DNA from: Octopus sinensis
Lineage: Eukaryota
NCBI RefSeq assembly: GCF_006345805.1
Contig: NC_042999.1
Span: forward strand, 30,380,001-30,444,000
Direction of reading: 5' to 3'
Length of the DNA: 64,000 nucleotides
In this document: in pieces, positions 53,273 to 64,000 of the stretch
How the letters are laid out: each line of letters begins with the position of its first letter
How positions within the stretch are numbered: position 1 is the stretch's first letter
Notes under the pieces: model-generated
Database searches by the model: none
Told to the model about the DNA's origin: nothing
What the model saw: the letters and a program-made list of their open reading frames with translations, nothing else
Position numbers and translations under genes: made by a program

Positions 53273-54086
53273 TTGTGTGTATGTATGTGTGCGTGCGTGT
53301 GTGTGTGTGTGTGTGTGTGTGTACATAGTTATATACGTATATATGGTTGTATTTGTCTATGCATACGTATGGTGGGGAAGCTGGGCGTATGTGTCATTTT
53401 CTCAGTGTTACTATCGCATGCTCCGAAACTGATCAATTATTTACAGCCCTCTACTAGTAATCAACCACAAATTTAAAACTAATAACTAATATGAAGACAT
53501 CATAAAACATTGCAAAGCAAATCCCCTATTGGACGAACATCTTTAGCAGCGTAATCTTCTATCTTAATTACAAACGAATGCATGAATAGATCGTCCGAGT
53601 TTTCTGGAAATAAAAGATGGTCGTTCAATCTTCAACTCTACAATTAAGTGATAATTAGTTCAAATTTGCAGAAGTAACGAGGAGCAACATTATATGAGTA
53701 TGCCAAACTGTATATGTATGAGTGTGAGAGTCTGTGTAAGGAGGATGTACGAGACGAATGTTTCGATTTACATAACGTCTCTACCGAACTTGAATCGTAA
53801 TTTTTTTCTTTTACATTAGCGCTTACAAGGCGAAAAAATATAACTTAATAGCGTCTACGGTCTCTATAAAGCATTTGTAATATTACTGTAACTGATATAA
53901 AATAATCAAAGTCGTGATAGTTTGAATATATTTAAATTAGTCAATAAAACTTAATAAACATTCGCGTGGACGCACATGTAGACACACACACACACACAAA
54001 TACATATAAAAATATATTTATTATATGTAAATTTATACATACATATATGTTACATATATGTATATATGTATATATGTATATATGTA

Positions 54087-54132
<46 letters not shown>

Positions 54133-54199
54133 TATGTATATATATATATATATATAGATGTGTGTGTGTGTGGTGTGTGTGTGTGTGTGTGTGTGTGTG

Positions 54200-54420
54200 T
54201 GGTTAGGGTGCCAGCATCATGATCGCAAGATTGTGGTTTCGATTACTGGACCGGGCGACCGGTTGTGTTCTTGAGCAAAACAATTCATTTCACGTTGTTC
54301 CAGTCCATTCAGCAGGCAAAAATGAGTAACGCTGCGATGGACTGGCGTCCCATCCAGCTGGGGAACACATACGCCATAAAAACCGGGAAACCGGGCCCAT
54401 GAGCCTGGGTGGTATTTAGA
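54200..54420 (+). mobile_element. tRNA-derived SINE (second/related family)
   Basis: GGTTAGGGTG..GGTTTCGATT, GTGTTCTTGAGCAA, TTTCACGTTG.TCCAGT and TGCGATGGACTGGCGTCCCATCCAG. Confidence 0.65.
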
Positions 54421-54450
54421 AGGACGCATTATTTTTATGCTACATATATG

Positions 54451-54492
<42 letters not shown>

Positions 54493-54639
54493 AATGTATG
54501 TGCATACATTATATATAAATATAATAACATTATATATAAATATATTAATGTACATAAATATTATCTATCTATATATGTATATATACGCCGCCTGAATGGG
54601 GTCCGTGTCGGTGACATATAAATGGACCAACCGATCGTA

Positions 54640-54830
54640 GCCGTTAACCAGCCTCCTCTGGCCCCTGTGCCGGTGGCACGTAAAAAGCACCCACTACACT
54701 CACGGAGTGGTTGGAGTTAGGAAGGGCATCCAGCTGTAGAAACACTGCCAGATCAGACTGGAGCCTGGTGCAGCAACCTGGCTCCCAGACCCCGGTCGAA
54801 CCGTCCAACCCGTGCTATCATGGATAACGT
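54640..54830 (+). mobile_element. SINE-like repeat with an RTE-related segment
   Basis: GGTGGCACGTAAAAAGCACCCACTACACTC..GTTAGGAAGGGCATCCAGC, recognised from memory as a common RTE-associated invertebrate SINE segment. Confidence 0.45.
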
Positions 54831-55302
54831 GTCTATATATATAGAGAGAAAATTTTGACACCGCAAATTCTCTTTTGTGAATGACCAAGTTTAAAAATCT
54901 GCTGGATCTCACTCATAAGGGAATCTTACATTACTTATAAAGTCACACATACATATATACACATGCAGAACACGTGAGAGCAAAAGGTGGACTCTCAGTT
55001 ACTGAATTCATACTGATAGGCAGTATAATAATTTCCTTTCACCATTTTAGTTTACTCTGTCGTTTGTACTCTGTGCATGTTGAACATATTAATATAAATA
55101 TCTTTTCGCTGTCTATCGCTTCGCATGTAAACATATATTCAGATTTTGTTAATTATGCATTTACTATATGTATCTAATACGTCTAATTTATTTATCCACT
55201 TCAGCATGATCCCTCTTATACCCTTTTTCGCCTTACGGAATCAATCCCCAGTAAAGGCATCGGAGTCTAAGTTTGAATGTCTTGAGCACTACGGAGTGTT
55301 TT

Positions 55303-55365
<63 letters not shown>

Positions 55366-56475
55366 CTTCATATTTATCTACATGATAATGGTTGCAATAA
55401 TAACCTATTATATAGCATTACATATTTGTAATTCTGATTCAGGATCACATTGTAGATTCATATAGGAAGGACACGCTAGCGCATTTCCATATAATTCTAC
55501 TAAATAATTAGAGATACCAAGAAACGGCCATTACAGAGACCAGTTAATGTCTCGATATCGTATTTATCTCATATGCGAATGATAACGACAGTAGAAATAC
55601 ACTCTATAGTGATACTTCCTGACAAATGAGTGTTTTTTATGCAAAACTTCGACTATTATTAAAATCAAATCAGACAGCGTGAGCTATCTCTCTCTACTCC
55701 ACTTACTTTTTCTGTATATATATACATATATCATCTATATCATCTATATATGTGCGTGTGTGTTTGTCTGTCTGGTATGTAGATGGAAGTATATACACAC
55801 ATATATGTATGTATTTATTAACGTGTTTAATGTGTCTACATACATGTGTATCTCTAACTCTGTGTGCGTACATGTACGTGTGTGTATGCTCCCAAACACA
55901 CACGAACATACACATGCATATACACAATCGATCTTGCGCGCACACACTTCTGCATAAAGTGTCACCGGGTCAGTTGTACAAAAATCGCAACTGATCGACC
56001 GCAAACAAAAGTCTAACCAGAGGTTTGTTAATCAATAAAGTATGTCGAATTCACATTTGATTTCTGTTCGTTTCCTTACAATTGTGGATGAACCAAATTG
56101 AAAGCACCTTCGTGAATATTGTAATTCCCATACCTTGTATTGAAACCACAACACGCTACTTTGAAGATGTGATATTACATCAACATCATTTTTTTCAATA
56201 TAACGTATGTCAGATTTCAAAATAATGCAGCGCTGCCATGCTGGTGCAATACCTTGGAAGCATGAACTTTTCGGTTGCTCTAGGTGTGCCGCTAACTTAC
56301 AATGCAAAAACCTGTTGTAGAGCGTTTGCGGTGCTCAGACAAGCTCGATATACGTACGAAGATATATACATATATATACTTTCATATTAATATATATATA
56401 TATATATATAAACGAACATGAACATACGCATACATACACACATATATATACACACATATGCATAAACACACACAC

Positions 56476-56532
<57 letters not shown>

Positions 56533-56725
56533 GTTTTCGTATCCAGAACACCCAGAATGGCAGAAAAGGCTATGTTGGTGCTAGGAAAATCCGTAGTAAA
56601 TCTCTCGCTTTGATAATAATTAGCGTGTGGAGTCTAATTTGGGTCGTGTATGAGCATTTATATGTTAAATAAAATGAAACTACAAAGCGAAGGCAGTGTG
56701 AAATTTCTAGGAAATTTATCACACT

Positions 56726-57125
56726 TGAGTGGCTGTGTGGTAAGTAGCTTGCTAACCAACCACATGGTTCCGGGTTCAGTCCCACTGCGTGGCATCTTGG
56801 GCAAGTGTCTTCTGCTATAGCCCCGGGCCGACCAATGCCTTGTGAGTGGATTTGGTAGACGGAAACGGAAAGAAGCCTGTCGTATATATGTATATATATA
56901 TGTGTGTTTGTTTGTGTGTCTGTGTTTGTTACCCTAGCATTGCTTGACAACCGATGCTGGTGTGTTTACGTCCCCGTCACTTAGCGGTTCGGCAAAAAAG
57001 GGACCGATACAATAAGTACTGGGCTTACAAAGAATAAGTCCCGGGGTCGAGTTGCTCGATTAAAGGCGGTGCTCCAGCATGGCCGCAGTCAAATGACTGA
57101 AACAAGTAAAAGAGAAAAGAGAGAA
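56726..57125 (+). mobile_element. tRNA-derived SINE, near full length (5295 family)
   Basis: Collinear with 5295-5766, with a shorter central microsatellite. Confidence 0.88.
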
Positions 57126-57130
57126 AGATA

Positions 57131-57472
57131 TAAAGGGTAAAGACCCCCTTCAGTCATGCGTGACCATGTGATTACACCTAGAAAGTTACCCTCCTAGACA
57201 CAAGTCCGGGCAAGATTGTTTTATGGAAGACCAGCAGTCGCCCATGCATACCAGCCTCCCCTCTCCTCGCCACCAGTGTTATCCAAGGGAAAGACAAAGG
57301 TCGATACAGCTTGGCACCTGTGACGTCGCAACTAATTTCTACAGTTGAGTGAACTGGAGCAACGTGAAATAAAGAGCCTTGCTCAAGAACACAACACGCA
57401 GCCCGGTCCGGGATTCGAGCTCACAACCTCACGATCGTAAGCTCGACGCTCTAACCACTGGGACATGCGCTT
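57131..57472 (-). mobile_element. tRNA-derived SINE, minus strand
   Basis: Reverse-complement head GCGCATGTCCCAGTGGTTAGAGCG..GCTCGAATCCCGG. A diverged copy lies at 60,880-61,158. Confidence 0.8.
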
Positions 57473-57474
57473 TC

Positions 57475-57519
<45 letters not shown>

Positions 57520-58323
57520 AGATATACTAGCCCTCTCAATATGGCTAACCACTAAGGGTGGGTGTTACTATTGCTTGTAGCTCCAGGAGAACATCGTCTC
57601 CAGCAGGCTTTCGGCACGCTTTCTGTGTGCCTAATCTCGTTCAGAGATTTATTATTGCTATATATATATATATATATAAGACTACTTTCAATTTCCGTCA
57701 ACGAAGTGCACGTGCCAGGTTTTTTGACCGTGTAGCCGTTATCAGAATTAGATACACCGTGTGATTCAGAAGCAAGATTCCTCCCTTACAGTCACCAACA
57801 TATCTTTGCTTGTGTTAAGCGATACACGTAAATATTAAACAAGATAGCAGCCAGTAACCGGATTGTATAACATGATACATCTTTCAATTATAAATTCATG
57901 AATTTCATGAAATAAATATATCTTGCAATTTAAGTTTAGTAATACACCAAACACCAATATCTATTTCTTGGTTTAAAACAGTATAGTCACGAATTTAAAG
58001 AGAACAATATTTTGTATTAATACATAAGAAATGCTCACATCTGATTCATCTATTTTCTATTTCCCTTCAAGTTCCATTCTGATTGTAAGGAAAAGAAGCC
58101 ATAGAATATGGTTCTGTTGCGTAACAATTACAAATGTCAGAAAAAGAGAGAAAAAAAAATCACCGATAAAATATATATTTATTTATTTATGGAAAATGTT
58201 GCTTCGGGGGAATGGAAAACATCTCATTAATACTAATATCATGCATTCCATATAACTAACAATAGCATAAGAATACACAAGGGTTCGTTAATATGTATAA
58301 GTATGCATATATATACATATATG

Positions 58324-58354
<31 letters not shown>

Positions 58355-58411
58355 ATATATATAATATATGTATATATATATGTGTATACATATATGTATG
58401 TATGTGTATAT

Positions 58412-58445
<34 letters not shown>

Positions 58446-58484
58446 ATATATATATATATATATACATATGTGTGTGTGTGTGTG

Positions 58485-58533
<49 letters not shown>

Positions 58534-59240
58534 ATACATATATGTATATAAATATATATGTATATATGTATATATATATATGTATATGTATATATATAGC
58601 ATATGTATGTGTATATATATATATATGTGTGAGTGTGTGTATGCCTGCATATGTACAGTGAGGTAAAATTATACGATATCATATATGTATGTTTGTGTGT
58701 GTTTATAAATTCACACAGGCCTTTACACATTTTACATATATATACTTATATATATATAAACACAAGATAGATGTTTTGTAATTACGTCATACTGTATTGA
58801 GTAAATACACGTCTATATAATATTTTATGCATAAGTATATATTCTTGCTCACAGGCAAGAACATTGTTTGCATATATATGTATATTAGACTTAGTATATG
58901 CAAATGTGAGAAAATCTCTGAAGACTTACTTTAAATCAAAGCAAAAATTATTATTAGATCATCCATGAGGAGAATTTTCAAATAGCATGATAGTATATTG
59001 GTTAAAGTTATTCTGCAGTATAGCATCTAAAACTGGTCTATGTGTTTTGATGAATGTTATTGTAAACAGTATTTGAACAGGCACAGAACATTGGTGGTTG
59101 TGGTGGTGGTGGTGGTATTGTGTTTGCTTTTGGTGTTTTTATTCACTTTTTATTGTTTCCTTTTGCATTTCTCCTCATCCTCCACCTCTCAATTTTTGCT
59201 GCTGTTCTTTTAATTATTTAGCACTACGTCTGTCCCGACT

Positions 59241-59389
59241 GAGATTATGATATTTCAGACATCAAGCTATTAAGTAAGATATTTCAGCCATGAATATACC
59301 ATCCATCTTTTTTTGGAGTTATATATCTAGGACTGCATTGTCAAATGCATCTTCCTCCTTCAATGTAATTCGTCTATAGTTCGAGGAAA
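59241..59389 (+). repeat. Inverted repeat, left arm (partner 61,172-61,319)
   Basis: 149 versus 148 bp, with 2 substitutions and 1 indel. Confidence 0.92.
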
Positions 59390-59653
59390 ATATGGCTACC
59401 GTTTCTAGTAATGCAGTTTTATTCACATCTAAAGCCTTCACGTGCTACTGAATATCTAAGAACGATTCACGATGTTATGACGTGAGTCACATTTCATTAG
59501 TATTATTATGAATGACGTAAAGTATTGAACTGAAAACTACAGTTATCTTTTTCCAACATCTTGTGTCTGGATAGAACAACAATTTTTTCTAATCACTACT
59601 TGCCATCCCAGAACGGTGAGTCTGATTCCATTATTTTTCAGGACACATCATAT

Positions 59654-59962
59654 GGAAGAAGAAGAAGAAGAAGAAGAAGAAGAAGAAGAAAGAGGAGGAG
59701 ACGAAGAAGAAGAAGAAGAAGAAGAAGACGAAGAAAAAGAAGAAGAATAAGAAGAAGAAGACGACGAAGAAGAAGAAGAAGAAGAAGAAGAAGAAGAAGA
59801 AGAAGACGAAGAAGAAGAAGAAGACGACGAAGAAGAAGAAGACGAAGAGGAAGAAGAAGAAGAAGAAGAAGAAGAAGAAGAAGAAGAAGAAGAAGAAGAA
59901 GAAGAAGAAGAAGAAGAAGAAGAAGAAGAAGAAGAAGAAGAAGAAGAAGAAGAAGAAGAAGG
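59654..59962. repeat. (GAA)n microsatellite, ~310 bp, with GAC interruptions
   Basis: Directly visible; it is the source of the poly-R/F/S ORFs. Confidence 0.95.
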
Positions 59963-60879
59963 AGATAATAGGGGACATTTCACGGTGCAATTATCTCAGG
60001 AGGGAGAACTGAGCACATCATAGTTATAGAAACAATATAAGACCAGCAGTAGTTTTAGCAGCCCTTAAACAATTATCGAGAGCCTTTCCAGATTTTATCG
60101 GCGACGGTTAATTCGTCAGCAAGTATGTTTATGAATAGAGGTGTTTGCAAATAGTTCGGAGCAAGCTATTCTACACTAAGTATTCCCGAATAAGGATTTC
60201 ATTTATAGGGATTTGTGTAAATACTGATTTCTAAAACTGGCAAATGCAATAATCTACAGAATAGGAATAGTTGGATTTAATGAATCTTGGATCTGTCTGT
60301 TACCGTATTTTATCGAACCTAAAGGATAGAATGTGAGACTGAATATAGACCAATTTTTCGTTGGTATGCGTAACTAAATATGGTATATATAATATTATGG
60401 CTGCCTTTTACGATTCTGATGACACTCCATTCTCTGCGTGCATAAAATATTAGAAAACGAATAAATGTTTCTCCTCAATTAACTATAAATGGTTATAATA
60501 AAAATTGTTATTGTTTCAAACTGCATTAATATGTTGTTGGATATTAGGATATTAAAACGTCTACTCTTAAACAATGAACTGAAATAATCTCCCGGAAACA
60601 ATTTCATTTTCTGCTTTCACAACATTTCATTAAACATGCATGTAAATCGTCATTTATGTTTGTTATTTCTCACGCAAAGAATAACGACAATATCGGGGCG
60701 GCTAAATTTGCTGTGATTTTGTGAATTGTTGTGCTGTATTATAATATGAAGTTTTACTTAGTGGCTCATTTATCATTAACGTAGTAAATTCCAAAATACA
60801 TGATAATCAATCTTACAATAATAGGTTAGTAAGAGGGATAACTGGTAAGGATAAAACGATACATTTAGACACAAACAAT

Positions 60880-61158
60880 CATGGGATTGCACCTAGAAAG
60901 TTCCCTTCCGATGCACAAGCCCAGGCAAGGTCATTTGAGGAGAACCAGCAATTACCTTTGCATACCAATCTCCCCTCTCCAAGTGAAAAAGCAAAGGCCG
61001 GTACAGCTTCTTACTAGTGATGTCACAATTCATTTATACAGCTGGGTGAGCTGTATAAAACGTGAAATAAAGAGTCCTGTTCAAAAGCACATCACTCTCC
61101 GGGAACCAAAATCGGGACCTGACGTTTGTGAGCTCTAACTACTAGAAACGCGCGCCTT
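60880..61158 (-). mobile_element. Diverged SINE (57,131 family)
   Basis: Shares GCACCTAGAAAGTT, CTCCCCTCTCC, AAAGG.CG.TACAGCTT and ACGTGAAATAAAGAG with the 57,131 copy. Confidence 0.7.
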
Positions 61159-61319
61159 CTTCCATATGATGTTTCCTCGAACTATAGACGAATTACATTC
61201 AAGGAGGAAGATGCATTTGACAATGCAGTCCTAGATATATAACTCAAAAAAAGATGGATGGTATATTCATGGCTGAAATATCTTCCTTAATAGCTTGATG
61301 TCTGAAATATCATAATCTC
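61156..61319 (-). repeat. Inverted repeat, right arm (copy of 59,241-59,389 fused to 59,645-59,661)
   Basis: The reverse complement reads GAGATTATGA...TCGAGGAAA-CATCATATGGAAGAAG. Confidence 0.9.
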
Positions 61320-61954
61320 GTGTATCGCTTAACTACAATTGTGAATGTAACAATATTATCTGAATAATAAATACTTTTTGTCCTTCCCCGTATATTTTTC
61401 TAGCTCTATTTTGATGATTTCTACATTAAATATATTACCCATATTAAACGATTGTTCATTAATACAGATGGCATCTAAAAGTGATTCATTCTTGGAATAT
61501 TTCCATTTTCTAATCACCAGATGTACGTTAATTTTTACAATGCCTATTTGATGAGTCTCATGTTTTTAGCATGAGTAAACAGTTTTTAGAAGAAAATAGT
61601 TCAACAATAATGTAAAACGAGTCACGTACAGCTGACCATAAGAAAGACACGACACTGAATAACAATGGGTTTTGTCCCTTGCTGCATAATCATTTCTAAA
61701 TAACATTTAAAAAAATAATTACTATATTAAGTATGTTAACAATAATTAACAACTAAATCAAATATAAATTAAAAGGATCGTATAGGAATTCAGTATCCAT
61801 AATGGAGATTATATATATGTATTCCATTTTACATTATTAATTTCATCAGGCACGGTTAATATAAAAACCTATTCTAATTGTCTAATTTGCCGTAATCACT
61901 TCAACATTTCCATACGTATATGTATTAAATACACACACAAACACACCCACACAA

Positions 61955-61986
<32 letters not shown>

Positions 61987-62246
61987 CCACATAAACACAC
62001 ACACACACACCCACGTATATGTATATATATGAGCATCATTTATATATATATATATATATATATATATGGAATAATTACTGTGAAGCATTGTGTACAGTGC
62101 ATTGTATAAACAATCGTGGGTTAGGCCAGAACAATGCAAACTGAGTGCAAAGCAAATCACATGAAAACAATTATAGGATTTAATGTAGATTTACCTTGAA
62201 TTCTATATTTCGGGGTTATGAACCCATTTTCAAGAAAATATCAATT

Positions 62247-62427
62247 GTTGCCGACCCGTGTGTGAAGTGTTTGTGAAGTGGACATGCGCGGAAATGTGTT
62301 CCTATTGCAACCAGCTAGGTTCCTGTAGCTCTTTATCAGAAAAAAAAAAGATTTATAGGAAGCTAGCTTGTTGCTATTGCAACACCTTTCCGCGCATGTC
62401 CACTCCACATACACGCACATCGTCAAC
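62247..62427. repeat. Long hairpin / MITE-like foldback
   Basis: Arms 62,272-62,334 and 62,347-62,409 are 63 bp with 10 mismatches and a 12-nt loop, with a weaker outer extension. Confidence 0.85.
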
Positions 62428-64000
62428 ATTCGTTAATTTCTTGAAAACGGGGACATTACCCCGAAATACGGAATGCAAGGTAAGTTTATATTCAGATATT
62501 TGCTTACTTTTGGTTTGCCTTCCGTTTACTTAGCATTGTTCTGGCCGTACCCACGATCCTTTTTACAGTATAAATGTGTGTGCGCATGCCTGTATGTGTA
62601 TGCATGTATGTATATGTTTGTACGTATGTATGTATATTTATAATTATGTTTCCATTCCAATATATATAGATATATATTCATGCATGAATATTAAGAGTAT
62701 CTATGTATTTGTGAGTGTACTTATAATCTCACTGTTTCAATCGTTAGATTGTAGCTATGTAAGGATTTCACCTTGCGCAGGGCAGTTAACCATGTCTACA
62801 TCAATACATTCTGCATTTTAATTTCTCAACACTATGCTTTTCAGTGCATAACGGAATACATTCTTCAGTATCATTTCTGTGGAAACGAGTCTGCGAAGCA
62901 TAATAATACGCAAACATGAATTACTAAATGTGTATTTATTTACTGTCTCGGGAAGAATATCGTATGGAAGACGGAGTCTGCAAAACAATTTAAACCTAGT
63001 TAGTGTATTAGAACAAGTAGAAGAGAAGGAAGAGCTGTTTATCACACTACCCTACGAATAAATAAAGAAAGTGCGTGTGAGGAAAATTAATAACAGTATG
63101 TGTTAGCGTAATAGATTAGTTTTATGCTGTGTTATAAGGATGAAATGTATGTCCTGTTAAATAACTATGGAACATAAGCGATCTTTATGAAACATGTAGT
63201 TTTAATAGGAATATAGTGATAGAATAAAAGTTTGTATAATGGGCGTATATATATAGACAGAAATACGGATTGATAGATAGATATGCTAAAATATGTGTTT
63301 TTGCTGTGGTTATTATTATTAGTAGTATTGAGTGAGAGAGCAGCAGATGCATCAGAACAGTATATGCCATCAAAGGTAAAATATACGGAGCCCAGTATAA
63401 GCATAATAATAATAATAATAAGAAGAAGAAGAAGAAGAAGAAGAAGAAAATTATTGTATACAGTGCTCAGGTGCACCACAACCTGTCAGAGTATATGCAG
63501 TAATGTACAAATGTCTGGAAAGCGAACAATGCTTGAGTCAGATACATGCTTGTATGTGTATGGAGGGGAGAAAATCAGGTGTAGGATTTAAGAGTACCGG
63601 TCTGATAAGACTACACCAGGAACATACATTACAAAAATATGTGCATGACATGGTGATCTCATATCAAGATGAATAGTACATGACCTTGCAAGAGGGGCCC
63701 AGTTAGAATTTTCTTTATGTTCCCATCTCGCTTAAAATGTCCTTGAATAAAGGTTAAGTTTGTTGAACGAAACACCGGCGTTTCCGAATTTGAATTATCC
63801 AAACACCAAAAAATTCTAACCAACACATGGCTCTGATGTCCTCCCAACTAATTCTACTCGTGATCAGAGATGCACATATCGCCAGCCATTAATCAGTATG
63901 CGCAACTGGTTAAGGTCACACAACCGCCAACCAAATATGTGGTACTGAGCAGAAAATTTGCTGTTGCAATACTAAGACAAATATGTACATGATAGCACTT

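Noticed and set aside
57400-57470. tRNA-like sequences with A/B boxes (also 5,295; 40,110-40,180; 56,726)
   Set aside because: They are SINE heads: acceptor and anticodon stems do not pair and they continue into SINE bodies; not tRNA genes.
59561-59990. Poly-Arg, poly-Phe and poly-Ser ORFs (also 34,762-35,029 and 24,333-24,749)
   Set aside because: Products of (GAA)n and (CGT)n arrays.
63283-63591. ORF with a signal-peptide-like start (MLKYVFLLWLLLLVVLS..)
   Set aside because: It runs through (TTA)/(ATA)/(GAA) repeats and into what looks like repeat-derived sequence; the hydrophobic start is low-complexity.

Overview
AT-rich, microsatellite-dense eukaryotic DNA with no intact host gene that I can recognise. 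The SINE families and (TA)n density resemble an octopus or other coleoid cephalopod genome; that is inference from remembered repeat families, not a database match. Most of the window is a transposon graveyard. It holds one young, 5'-truncated Penelope-like element (PLE) with an uninterrupted RT+GIY-YIG frame and a minimal hammerhead ribozyme in its 3' repeat. Older remnants include further PLEs, RTE, CR1, R4/Dong, a Helitron helicase, four mariners, MITE-like foldbacks and many tRNA-derived SINEs. The only host-derived coding trace is a decayed VWA-domain exon (26,752-26,998, minus strand). The best leads are: (1) a ~2 kb ORF1-only Tx1/L1-like element inserted into a SINE tRNA head with a 15-bp target-site duplication; (2) the PLE hammerhead with a non-canonical CUGUUGA core; (3) an RTE LINE with a twin-priming-type 5' inversion; (4) a templated inverted duplication with a microhomology-bounded deletion; (5) a 30-nt hairpin motif that recurs three times and abuts the VWA exon. 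All protein assignments come from manual translation and motif recognition. Boundaries of degraded elements are approximate.
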